A stretch of DNA of 61,976 nt, counting the filler, from Choristocarpus tenellus KU-1152 (lineage: Eukaryota; Protista; Phaeophyceae), in the NCBI GenBank assembly GCA_964200185.2. It is 5 parts of 5 records of this genome, joined end to end, with 100 filler letters (N's around TTAATTAATTAA, not from the genome) between each part and the next. Parts side by side here need not be neighbours in the genome. Positions count along the whole stretch, not along the records: positions 25,451 to 56,316 come from CAXNAD020000087.1; 4 more parts are not named here. One strand, written 5' to 3'. The notes beneath the pieces are model-generated. The model was given only the letters and a program-made list of their open reading frames with translations. It was not told the DNA's origin and did not search any database. Below, in pieces: positions 28,401 through 42,100 of this stretch. Positions within the stretch are counted from its first letter, which is position 1. The number at the start of each line of letters is the position of its first letter. Made by a program: the position numbers and the translations under genes.

Positions 28401-31400
28401 TTAGATGACAGCTCCACAAGAAAAATATCAGAAGATAAGAGACAAGGACTTGTACTGGTATATGCTACAAGTGTAGAAACCCTAACTCATATCCTCCCAA
28501 AAACATCCCTAACCTTGAAAGGTAAGAGGTGACAGTGAGTTCAAATGGTACATGCTTAGGGTGCACAAGCAGAAGGAGCTCTACGTGAGAGACAACATTG
28601 TCAGTCAAATCAAAACATGGGGATGGGAGCACAAGGTGGATGAGCTATTTGTTCCCACCAAGAAGGTTGGTGCTGGAATTATTTCTTTATTTTTATTTTG
28701 GTATATGTGAGAAAAGGAAGGAATGACAAGCAAAAGGAAACCTGAAGCCTCCCTCCCAGTATAATATGATGATAATAATAATAATGTAGGGTTGTATGAT
28801 ATGATATGATATGATATGATATGAGACTATTCAATGGTACAAGCCACGGAGGGTAGGTACCCTCATGTACCATGCAACATGATACAATACTAGAAGTCAT
28901 ATGAACATGTACCTCAATTGTTGAACCTTTATATTGAGGCTGGTGGAAGGATCACACTGGATAGGAAGGATGTGATTTATGTGTATGTTGCAGTAGATAT
29001 GATGAGAGGTCAAAGAGTTGTCATGCAAACTAGTACTATTAAATTCAAATTCAAATCAATGTAGATGAAAAAAAAGCTTGTACTTGTATTAGTTACGCTA
29101 TATTAAAACATGCCACCCTGTAGTACAATGTTATTCAACAGGTCATAAAATGATGTATTACAGCATGCAACACGCACCTAACATATTAGGAAATCCAGCG
29201 CACATGAGTACACAACATCGTATCAACTCCTTACATCGTTGTGTTTTGATTTGGGACAGAGGTTCAACAACCAAGGCAAGGAAGTCACCTTTGTGGTGGA
29301 GCCCATGCATCCAGCCTATGTTTACCTCCATGCCACTATGGACTTAGAGGTAAGTTTGTGTGTGCGCATGGTGCATGTGTGTGTGTGAGAGTGTCTTTTT
29401 TGAACACTAAAAAGTGAGTGGTGATGTCAAGAATGGGATAATAAATTATGCCATGGGTGATGATGTCACTCACAATTGTTACACTACTCTATGATTGGAT
29501 GTGTTGGATGTGCATGGTGTAGCCCTAGCACTGTTAATAGTGAAATATGAGTGAAATGGTTTAATCTTATTATTATATGATAGTGAATTACATTATTTTT
29601 AATTGTATCTTGTCAGTGTTGTGATGACCAAGGTTTTGGTTTGCCATATATTTAATATTGATGGCTCTACTTAATTGAACCTCAAGGCCTGTTCCTAATT
29701 GGAAAATTGCATTGATTTTTTTGGGGCTTTTTTTTGGAACTTGAAAAGGGTCATTTCTGTAAATACAGCGATGACATTACACCAAGAGACTTGGATTTGG
29801 TGTAATCTGTTTGAAGTATTAATTTCAGGAGCATGTTCTGTTCTTCTTTTGAACCACTGGCCAATGGGAACCCCACAATGCAACTTCTTTTCAGAAGAGT
29901 TCAATTTTTGAAACCAAGGTCACTTGACTGGCCTCAGAAGCATCTCAAAGAATTGCCATATTCTTAGTGGTCTTATACTCTGGTTAATAATATTTGAACG
30001 TTCGTCTTTTAATATTACTACTAATAATAATACTTCATAGTGATAATCAACATCGTTATGATCTTCACACTATCAATACTCTGCTTTCAAAACCCCTGGG
30101 TGGATGTTTGCAATATTATTATTTTAATTCAAATTTATTTATATGTTTATATAATATTGATATTATAATGATCTGTTGATGTACTTTGACACAACTGATT
30201 GATTTCCCCTTTGTGATTGAGAACAGCTCCGTGACAGGATCAACGATATGGACAAAGTGGTTGGGTTTGCTGGAGTGCAGAAGGATGAAGATAAAAAGCT
30301 TATTCCCAAGGCAATGTCAGATGCTGAGATTGACAACATCAAGGAAACAGAGGCCAAGTTCAGGGCCGAGCCAGAAGTGAGAAATAAATCAGTACCCCCT
30401 GGAAAGTAAAAATATATGTTCATGGATCCATATATATATATATAGGAAGAGAAGCATTCAAATTTTGGAAGTATAGCAATTATTTTTTCATCTAGGGTAA
30501 TGGTATCATAGTTGTTGCTCTTGAAAAGGAATGATAATTATTTTTGTTTTCATCATGCCACCCGACGAACAATTGACATAGTCATCAAGACCAAGAGATG
30601 TTTAGAGTTGTATATTGTGACAATATTTATAATAATAATAATAATAGGTGCATCACATTACATTGTCTTTATCGTGTTGTTGTTTATGATTGGTTAGTTT
30701 AATTTGGCGGGGTGAGAACTGATTGTCAATTTGTTGTGATTGACGAGGACCTAATTTTGTGCTACCTTGATAAAGAGATCAATGTTAGTCATTATTAGTC
30801 AATATTAGTTCCAAAGAACGAAACCAAGTAGTCACTGGTTTTAAAGCTGGTTTGTTTCTAACTGTTGCACTCTGGTGTTAGGATTAAGGTTAGGGTTAGG
30901 ATTAGGTGTTGTTCACTCTGGTGTTGTTCACTCTGAATATAATATTAACTGGTTGACAAAAACATGGGAATGGTCTAGGGTGGGTAGAAGTATGTAGGTA
31001 TGTTTGCACCAATCTTGTAGAAGGCGTTATCCAATTTGTACCTTCTACCTAAGAGCGATTGATACCTATTAAATTATTAAATTACCTTGGAATACTTTCC
31101 TGGATATTTCTGCTGTCTGGAATACTTTCCTGAAAATGTCTGCTGTCTGGGTGATGTCTTATGTCTTGATTCAAGCAACATCAGTACAACCTCACCAATT
31201 TCATTTTTTAAACTCTTACTGAGGTTGTATATTTGGGGATTAAAATAGTTAAAAAGAAAAGTAATAATGTGACAGATTAAAAATTTTAAAGCTTGTCCCT
31301 GCCATTCTTGACTACCATGTACATTTTGGGGCATAGATGTGCTAACAAACTAGCTCTGCTTTGCTACAAGTGCAAGGCTCATGCTGCCATCTGTCAAGAA

Positions 31401-33161
31401 CGGCAATGGATTGTAAGGACTCCAATTCAGTTTTTTTTTTAATGAAACTGTAGATGTTTCGAGATGACTCTCTCATAACCCCCTTGTTTTTTGTTGCATA
31501 TTTTGAGTGATAACCCTGATCATCTTGATTGGAAGAAATAAAAGCAATAGACATGTCTTGTCACTGTACCAGTACACAAACATATTCCCATACTTTTTTG
31601 TGCTTCACTTTTTTTTTCTAGCGCAAGGTGATCAACAAGGGTGTCATGGTGGAGATCATGGAAGGAGGCTTCGAGGGTCACAAGGGGGAGATTTTTAAGG
31701 TCAAGGAAGGTGAAGTGAACAAACTTTGGGAATGTAAGATTGATATTAGTATGAGTATTAAGGTTTGTGTTAGTATAATCAGTTCTTGATACTTGATGAT
31801 GTATCAGTTATGGAGTTGAGAGATGTACTTTGAAGTGTAAAAAGCTCTGATAATAATGTTAAAAGTCTGAAACCTAACTGTGATGTAATTGAACATGCTG
31901 TTGATGTTATTTGAATGGAAAGGACAGTATAATTATGTCTTACGTCTTATACCCCATACTTTGTCGTAGTGGGTGAAGGGGTCAAATGGTGTGTTGAAAC
32001 GCTGTTATTTTTAACACCAGCCTTGAAAAATGAATTACTTAGTTCTTGTGACTGCTTATCTGCTTTTGGATGATGAGGTAACCAATTTGAAAGTCTTCCC
32101 AACTAGGAAAAGGAAAAATATATGTTGTTGCTACTGCCTTCGACTGTAAACTGAGGTACACATTTTATTGGTTAAGTTTATGTTTTTGATAATGTGACTA
32201 CCTGGTAAAAAATTGGTAAGTATGCTGTGTTTCTATTGGTGTTGTTTGTTTAAAAGGAATGTACCACATCTGTTTTTTGCTTTACACCCTCCTGTATTGT
32301 GCTTTCTTATCCCTCAAACAAGAGTCAACTTGTACACCAAACCATTTTGAGCATGAAACTGTTATTGGAGATACAAAGTCAGGCTGTGCCTGTTGCCTGG
32401 ACATGTTGGGATGTATTAAATTTTGTTAACAATATTTGATGTTTAAAAAAAAAAGATGCATCACCACATCGGGTTTTTTCTCTTGGTATAGGTAATGTGA
32501 TGTAGATATATGTATGCATTTTTTAAATTTTTCCCTACCTATCATTGAAATATTTTAAACTTTCATGAAACATATTATACATCATAATAATTGCTAATTG
32601 AAGTTGTATTCTGTACAGTTACTCTCCTGTACCTATATCTAACCATGACATCATGTTGAATATTGATTTTAACTTGAGGCAGTGAGGGTCTCTGAGGCTG
32701 GGATACCATTGGATAATTGTGTTGGGTTATTTGTCTCTCTGTTGTGTTACATGAAGTGTGAAGCATGATGTAGCAGTTCCTTGTCCAACACCCTCATACG
32801 TCTAAGACAGGCATGTAAACATTCATACACAAATATATATATATATATTTATTTACATACAATATTTCACACAATTGCATACTGATTTGTTATTATGTGA
32901 CAGTTTACAGTTACAAATTATAATACAGTCACAGTGTCATGAACAGTGTATGAAGAATCATGTTAACAAATATGGAGTATATATGTATGCGTTGCCCTCT
33001 TTATGAAATTTTTGGGGGCATTCAGATAGCAGATGGGAGCCCGACTTGTATGATATTTTATTATTTAACATTTCTTGTGAGTTGTAAACATACACTTGAA
33101 TCAAATAATTCTAAACATAAAGTGAATTTAGGGTATTAGACTTCTTTTGGAAGTTGATCAG

Positions 33162-33192
<31 letters not shown>

Positions 33193-36100
33193 CGTATCAC
33201 TTTGTAAGTACCACTGTTGATACAGCATACAGCCCTATGACCTCATTCACACTGAAGTGTCACTACCTGTTGTATTACTACTATTACTACCACTGTTAAT
33301 ACTACTACCTCATCACCTCATTACCTCATTCAAAACATAATACATCCTTGTATGTCTGCATTATAGGTGACCCTTTTATCTTGAATCACACATTACCTTT
33401 GTGTTAGTCTTTGTTAACCAGTGCATGTATATGTCTGGTAGTGCTTCTTGTAGAACATACAACAGGAGATGGGGATGTCTTGTAGTGATCTGGTAGTGGA
33501 GAATTAACTTGCTAAAATTGTGTAAAGTCAAAATGTTTGCTCCTCCCTCCATCATTGTCCATCATCATCCATCATCCATCAAGTAGGGAGACACTTAGCC
33601 CTGTGCTGCCCTGCTGACTTCATTTAACTTCCTACACTCTTTACTTGTATATAGTGGAGTATAAGACTGCTAGTATATTTTTTTAGAATGTAGTGTGTGA
33701 AGTTTGTAAATCTTTGTCAATGAGATAGTCCATGGCATGTTTTTCTTTGTAATCACAACACTCGTAGTATGTATTTTTAATATAGTACTTCCAACTTCTT
33801 CTGAGTTTTATTGTTTAATTTATTTTTTAGCATCTTCATTCACATTTAATTTCAACTCTTGTACTCATCATGAATGTAAATAAAATATATAAATAATATA
33901 TATATATATATTTCTCGATGTATGTTGGTATGTGTCTATTTGTATAATAATGATGTGATGTGAAGATGGGTATGCTGTGAAGATCTATGCCTATGGGAGA
34001 AACACAGATGTGGAAGTATCATGGGATGGTGTGAGGAGGTTATCTGAGATGGAGATACAGGAGTGGTTGGATGATACAAAGCAGGTAAGTTAAAATGTAG
34101 TATGACCAGAAGAGTTTCTTTCACCTTGGGGGAACTAAGAGTAGGTCCATTTTGGGGCAAAGGCTAGAGTTTGTGAAAATGCTGCACTACTATGGAGATT
34201 TGATTGAGGATATGATATGATATGAGTGTTTGGAGTTTGGGTTATTAGTAGAGACTGTCTGCTGTTTTGAGTATTTTTGATAGTATGGTTTTAGTTGGGG
34301 TTTATTGAATTGTGTCTTCAGTAGTGCACACTGCTTGTACATATTTGAGGTAGGCCTTGGCTTGCTTGCTTTTAAGAAAATTGAGAGGGTGAGGTACTGT
34401 ATTTAAACTGTAAGATAGCTTGTCAGCAGGTTTGTTTCATGGATTGTGTACTTAGGGAGGGTTGATCTGATCAATTTGACTGGACCAAATACAGGGTTAG
34501 GGTTTGTAGTTGGATAAATCATGGTAACAGGTTTGTGGCTTGTATACAATACAACAATAAATAACGTTGATAGGGTTAGGGTTATGGTTAGTGGTTGGAA
34601 GAATCAATATTCAAGGAGCAGGGTGTGTTTGTGTGTATGGTGTTATTGAGTACCTTCCTTGTGTACAACGTCCTCCCACTTGTCATAGTGATAATGACTA
34701 TTGACTATTGACTTCTCAATACCTATTTTTGTTAATGTGGTAATCTATTGTCATCAACTCTACACTTTTGGAGGTTCAAGAGAATGGACGAGTATTTTCT
34801 TATTGTTTAAAGTTGATTGTGAACTTTTGTGCTGATAATTTTCTTGAAAGAAAATTATTTTTCCTTTTCATCACCTATTCAATAAGGAGTTGTAATATTA
34901 TGTACTATCCCAGGTATGTGCCTTTTAGACCTCCTATGATTCCCCTTTTATTTTTTATTGTCATGTATAATGTGATGTACTGTATTGTATTGTATTGTGT
35001 TCACTGTATACCCTCTGTATAAAAGGGGTCTGACTCAGTTTTTGTTGCACTTGTCAAACAGCAGCATTGACAAATAATATTAAAACGTTGTGATTTTGTT
35101 GTGGTGCTTTTGAGAGGCTAGGTACCCTTTTTGACAAATTGTTTAATTTTAACTAAACGTTATATTTTTTTATTTTTTATTTTCATGCTTTTTGTTTTTT
35201 TCATCACCAATTAGTCATTTGACACATTCAGGTTGGATTGTGATTGTGATTGTATACATACAGGCAATAGATGCAACCTACATGAAACGTCAACATCAAA
35301 GTACAAGGAAATTTGTTGGGAGGGATGAACGCAAGGTCCTGTTGGGGGAAGAGGCACAGCAAGCAGAGGAATACCGACAGCGCTATTTCCAGGAAGGACC
35401 AGAGAGGCATATGCAAAGGAGAAACGGATACAATGAGGACATTAACAGTGGTCTTGGAAGGAATGAATATCCTCGTGGTCGTGCTGGACGTGGTAGAGGA
35501 AATAAAGGAACTAGGGGGCGTGTTGGGGTTGGTCGAGATGGAAGAGGTGGAAGAGGGTCTATGGGAGGATGGAGTGAGGGTTTGTTTGATCAGGATCAGG
35601 CGATCTTTGAGGCTAGGCAACCAAAGTCCCGCAGGTTTGTGTCCATTTCTTTTTTTTTGTTCAAAAGTGGTATTATTAGGGTTAGGGTTATTATCTCATT
35701 ATTATTACATTAGTAATTTTAAATAGCTTAATGAATTTATTGTTGTGCGGTATGAATGTGATATACTAGTATTTAAATAATAATCACTATTATGAGATTG
35801 TTGTGTACCATTCTGTAACCTATGTATTGTAGCATCTGATGTGAATTTGTTTCTGTTATGTGTGTGTGAATGATGATAATATATAATAATGATAATGTAG
35901 TATTAATATTAATAGTTCAATATAGACCACATACCAAATTTATTAGTTTTCACTTGCTGATGTCACAGGGCCTACAATTGAAGTCAAGTTTATTAACAGA
36001 CAAGATAATTTTTATCCCTCACAGCAAAGGGGTATGGTCCATGAAAATACAAGTAGTACATGGTGTGATACAATCCATAATACTATGTTATTATTTCTCA

Positions 36101-39100
36101 TGACAGTATATATATAGTACACTATTATTAGTAGTATTGAATAACATGTTTACCTCCAGCACCAGTCCCACTGTCCTTTTCTGTATGTTGTTGGTTGTCA
36201 TGGTCATGGTGGAGTTGAAGGGATAGGAAGTTTTGAACACACTATGAACATCCTTTCATTATTCACAATTACATTTACATGATGGTTTTTGATTCCTGTA
36301 TTTCTTTTTCTGCAAAAGATACAGACTCCTGGGAGAATAAAACAATATTATTCAGTGTGTGCCTTGTACTGGAGATGGGTTCATAATTATGATAATATAA
36401 TATATGCTTACTTTATAAATAGAGCTTACACTACTATTAGTACCAATGTGTGTGTAGTATTAGTACTTATTGTCCAAGTTTGCTAACAACCAGAAATACA
36501 GTGTGGTCATGGACTTACATTTTGACTAAAATCACTTGGATTGAGAAAACAGTATCTTCAACTTGGTAATGTAAATTTCCATGCATTTTATTTATTAATA
36601 GTGAATATAGAACTGGATGTGGACAGGTCTAGAGGTTTACCAAATTTTTTTGGTGGATGAAAGAACAATTCCTCACAAACACGCAAGGTACTCACATTTT
36701 TTTTAACTATTTTTGGTTTTATTGTAGTTAATGTAGTTTGGAGTATCCTATTCTATCTTGCCAGTATTCCTGCAGTACTCCTCCCATGTGGTCTTGTGCA
36801 TTGTGATGATTTTTCGTTTGATTTTGTTAGGGTATACCTTTATTTGGTTATCTATTAGAGTTATCTATTCTATTCTCTCCCCCTCACGTTGTCTTTGGAA
36901 TATACAAAAGTTTATTAGTTGTACTTTAGTTAATAATACCATTATTAATATGTTGTTGCATTAGTATCTGTACAGTGTGTACCTCACTATAAAAAAAAAT
37001 TTAGCATTAAGTGACAAAATGACATATTAGTATTTTGTAGTATGAGTAGAGTACAGTGGTGAACTGCAACTAATGTACCACTTGTGTAACACATTACATC
37101 ACATCACATACACAGGGATACACAGCCGGAAGGGGAGGATTTGGACAGGCTACTTCCAAATGAGGCATTTGCAAGCAAGGAGGATGCTGATGATTTCTTC
37201 AAGAGGTAATATTCACATATGCAAGACTAACAGGAGGAGAATTGTTTCAAAATTGATCATGGTCCATTCTACACAACTGGATAATATCTTGTGTTGGGCA
37301 TTCATTATATCACCAAGTGTTTATACATGGCAGATGGAGTGAAGATCTTTTTTGGACTCAATAAGTGGACTGCTAATAAGAGGCCGATCTTGAATTTGAC
37401 TATGAAAAGTTTGATACATTTTGGGGTGTAATTGTTCCTTATCCTCTTTAACTAAAATCATCCAGACCAAAGTAGTGTATCATGGATCAATATCAATATC
37501 AATATCCAAGGACAAAGAGTACAGGTCTAAATAGGTTTGTAATTTAGTAATATGATATGTCTATTGACTATTAAGCATAAATAGTGTCTGTGAAAGCGAT
37601 CATAAGTGGTGTATTGAATGTAGGATTGAATTATCTGACCATTTCTGATAAGTAGTTAATATTTTCGCCTGTCCCTCATTTTGTTTCCCTTTGTATATTG
37701 TTTTTTTGAGTAACATTATCTCACCTCTGTGAATAGCAACAGTATCTCCAGGAAAAATTCATTATTGGAGGACATTTCTTTGATAATTGTGAGTTTCATG
37801 GAGATACACATAGAATGTTTTATACCTACTTGTGTTTAAAGCTGTTTAAAATTTTCACAAAATATGTAAAAGTCAACCTTGTGTGCTCACTTGAACCCAT
37901 ATCAGAACCCATTTCAAAAATCATGTCAGCATGGTACTATATTATAATATAGTGTGAAATGAAGTGTGCTATTATTGTTGGCACTAAGTATGTACAAGTA
38001 CATGATCTGTTTTTGATAGTAATAGTAGTTGTTGTAGTAGTTGTAGTAGTTCCAACACCGATGGTAATATTTGATAGGAAGTGCGTGGTGCCTCCTCAGG
38101 TCTCTCAGCATGATTGGTTTAATCTACAGGCACAGGTACATAGAGTGATAGATATGGATAGATATGGATGATGGACAGTTTTGCTATTTGAAGAAGTACC
38201 TCCTCAAGATGGTATTGATTGGAGGTGACAAGGTAGGGATAAGATGTGTGGGGGATGATTGTGAGGCCAAGCACATTTAGAAGGGCATGTTCATTACTTC
38301 TCTAGGTAGACCACCATGCACTAGATTGTTGTAGATATTGTCTTTATGTGTGAAACTTTGTCCAGCCCTGTAGCCTTTCTTCCTTTGAAAGGTCTAGGAT
38401 ACTAATCATGAATTGTCAAACAATTTTGTTTTTGGTTCTTTGGCATGTCCCTTTCTGTCAAACACAATCCCACAGTCCCCTCTCCTTTCCTCTCCTCTGC
38501 CCTATGCTGCTCTGTTCACTTGACTCACAAGTCTGGATGGAATACTAAGCGAATTTGATGATTTTGATTCAAAGGACAACAAACGCCTACCACAGGTGTG
38601 TGGAACACACAAACCCTGATTTTTTTCCCCTGGGTCCAAGTATACCAAATATCTTTTTCAGGTGGGTTGAAACACCCACCTACTGCTTTCATAATATTAA
38701 TAGTACATAGTGTTTCCATGTGTACTAATAGAATGCTGTTAATTTTTATTATTATTACTAGTAGGCATGTTATACCTTGGTTGACAGGTAATACTCAGGG
38801 ACCATTAACACATACATGACAAATGGTAATGACAATGAGACTATTGATATTATTATTATTACTGTTATTGTTGTTATTTTGTTATTTGTAACTGCGTGTT
38901 TCAAGATTTAGGATGCAAAGGAAACAAGTTCTCACTCTGCCTAATTTGTTCATTATTCTGAGTACCAAAATATTTTTATATTGCAATTGTGATGGTGAAA
39001 TAGGACCTATTTGTTTGTCTTTCCAACCAACAACCAGTAGTGAACATTATCAACCCTTCTACAGAGGGGTGTCTCAGGGGGAGAGTTCCTAGGTGGATTT

Positions 39101-42100
39101 TCATATGTTTCAAGTGAGGAGAAATACATGTACATACACCAAATGAACCTTTTTATGGTACTGATTATGGTACTGGTGACAACATAAAAACAATCGATTA
39201 TGGGAAGAATAATCCTTTGCTTTGTTGGTACAATATACATAATGGTATTATCCCCAATGACTTCCAACAATGATAATTTCACCATCACATGAAACCCCTC
39301 TCTCTTCCACCACCCACAGGCTCCTGGTGCACGTCAGGGACCTTTGTCTGATGTTGAAAGAGTGCATGCTAAGGCTGCAGCAAAGAAGGAATTGTTAGAT
39401 TCCTCCCCTTCCCCATCACCTACAGTAGGGCTCAGCTCCACTTCTAGGTGTGATGTTGATAGATATTAAGCAAAAACGTTTGGAGTGTTTTAATACAGGG
39501 TGGTCGTGGTTGTCATGCCATGAGGAAATTTTTGTTGATGTACTCTTACTGTGTGATCTCTTCTTACTGCTAACAGACACCCCACCTTGTTACGTTGTCT
39601 GGTGAAATTTTATGTTAAATTGTAACATTCCCTAACCCTAAAGCAGTAAAGAATTGTAGCCCACTCCGGAACTTTAGCCTTGAAAAATAAATTGATACAG
39701 TGCTGACTGCCCTACCTGGGGTGTTCGTCCTTAATCCTGCCCTCCTCTAACTCTGAAGAGCATTTTTTATGCCCAGGATTGTAGCTAGCTCTAGAGGGGA
39801 ATTCTTGGATTGGTCATTGTATAGTAATACAAGTTTGTCTCAGGTGAAGCTTATATTGGCCTCATTTTTTCCCACAGTTGAGCATGGCATTAATATTTGT
39901 ATAGTAGGCATTTCCAATATATACAGTGTATTGATGGTGAAGTATGTGTAAGATAGATGTCATCCCTAGAGTAAAGAGGTGTTAAGTTAAGTTAGTCTTA
40001 ACCAATTTGTAAGGTGCTTCACTTCTACAAACAGTTAACTACTGTACTGCTCACTTGTATACTCAACCTGGTTTACGTCATGTTGTCAAGCATTTTCATT
40101 CAATTGATACAATCATTGATGTATCACACTTGTGGAAAGGTAATTGCGATACATCATAAGTACATCAGTCAATTTGATGTCGCACCAATGATCTAGGTAC
40201 TCATCCACATTATCCTTGGAATACCTATTAATACACACTCATGGCTCATGGACTAACTGAATAATTAAAAAGTTTAATTATTATCAATGTTAATGTAATG
40301 GTGAAGCCGGTTGGCTGGTTGTATCATATTCTCAAGCCAAGGCAGAGGTAAAAGAGAATATCACCAATCCTATGGAATATCCTATGGATTTCAGTTTGAT
40401 TAATTGGAAATGAATCGCTACAATTCACAACATACCTTGATTGATATAGAGAGAGAACCTTTACATCTCCATGTGTTGGACATCTTTTATTTTTATACAA
40501 TACTATAATGACCTGTGTGTTACATACTTGATCAGCAATGGTGGTTACCCTAACACTTGAAAGAGATTGTTAGGGTTAGTTAGGTGGATTGACGGTTTGT
40601 AAAGCTTGATATCAATTGTATCTTCATGCCATGTGATTTGTGAACATTATATGATCCAAGTACCACCACAGTATCGTATCAACTATCAACTATTGACTTT
40701 GATGCTGTGTCTGATACCATACACTGCCTCCAGGCTAATGGCAGGTGCTGGAGCTGACTCAGCATACTGGGATGGAGGAGATGATACAATTGCACCTTCT
40801 TGGGATGGCACTGGTGGTGACACTGTTCTCCCTGGTGATTCTTCTGTTAGCAGTGGGGGTGGAGTAGCAGAAGGAGGGGGGAGGGGGGGAGGGGAGATGG
40901 TCAGGGAAGATGAGCAAGATCCCATGGCAGCATTGGCGTTTGATGAGACTGGTGATGACGATGACTTCTTCAAGGTATCTATGTATCAGTTACATAGTTT
41001 TAACATCTTTGGTAATCATATATTTGTTTTGATTGTGTTTCATTGTAGTATTAGTGTTAGTACTAGTAAGGGGTAATGGTGTATGTGTTGTCCCTTAGTG
41101 TGTACCATTTGTGTCCACTCCTCAACTTCTATCAAACTGTAACTGTCAAACATACTGTGTCACCCACATTCACTTTTCATATACTGTATACTGTTTAACA
41201 TCTATTTATTTTTTACTATCAATTATCAAGTAGGTACTAATGTATGAGATATACATATCATTTCCCCTAACCCTTACAGGCTCTCATGGCGGAGTTGAAA
41301 GCACCTCCTTCTGCCAAGGTTGCACCACCTAAGAGACCTGTAAGTGGTGTGGATGTTGATATGGGTATGGGTACAAGAAACACAAGAAACACTAGGTGAG
41401 TTGTCGTATACATTGTGATTTGTCATCCGTCTTGTGATGATCGTTTGGAATGAAAATACTGACTGGAGTGTAAAGGGCAATTTTCCTTGTTATTTTTGTG
41501 AGGTAATTAATATATTAATACATTAATACATGATCAGATCGCAGGGCATCCAGACGACATTGAAATAGTTATGGCCTGGAACCAGCCCTGTGAGAAAAAT
41601 CTGATGGCTCGAAAAGCTAAGTTTTATAGAAGGGTTCGTCTAAGCCGATATATGCTAGCCTATGTGTGAAAAATTCAATACATTCTCACTTAGCGTTTGA
41701 ATAAGCAAGTGCCATGGACACCTTCCTTTTTGTATGCAGTTTTGTTGAATTGAACACTTCACATGTGTGTGTGGTGATGAACTTCTGATTGGAAGGTTGA
41801 CATGTATTCGTGCAATTCTGATGGGTAATCTAAACATTGGTAGTAGTAATCATAGGTTCAAGTAGAAGTAGAATGTATGTCCCTCTTTCCTGTTTATAAT
41901 AAATTTGAACAGTCTCCTTGATACGATTATTCCCTTGTCAATTTCATTGGTACTGTTAAGTGTTAATTGTATGCATACTTTGTACTTTATGTCTGGACCA
42001 GACCATCAGATTGAATGATGGCCCTGGGCCAGCCCTGCGACAATACAGAACCCATTCTGTACAACATTGCAGTCCGGTAACTAGTCAGGTAGCCCTACCT

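Noticed and set aside
26720-34084. Assignment as nuclear Spt5
   Set aside because: There is an acidic stretch before the NGN, but only one KOW is found, ending in a bacterial-type YGRxTxVE strand, and no Spt5 C-terminal repeats were seen. NusG fits better, though phylogeny should confirm it.
36605-36690. Extra nusG exon, also considered at 38078-38135
   Set aside because: Not needed for phase continuity. Frames either hit stops or would interrupt the DDFFKSLDGIL motif formed by joining 37205 to 38532.
41539-42041. hAT-like element bounded by TCGCAGGGC/GCCCTGCGA
   Set aside because: Only a 9-bp inverted match, with no 8-bp target-site duplication.
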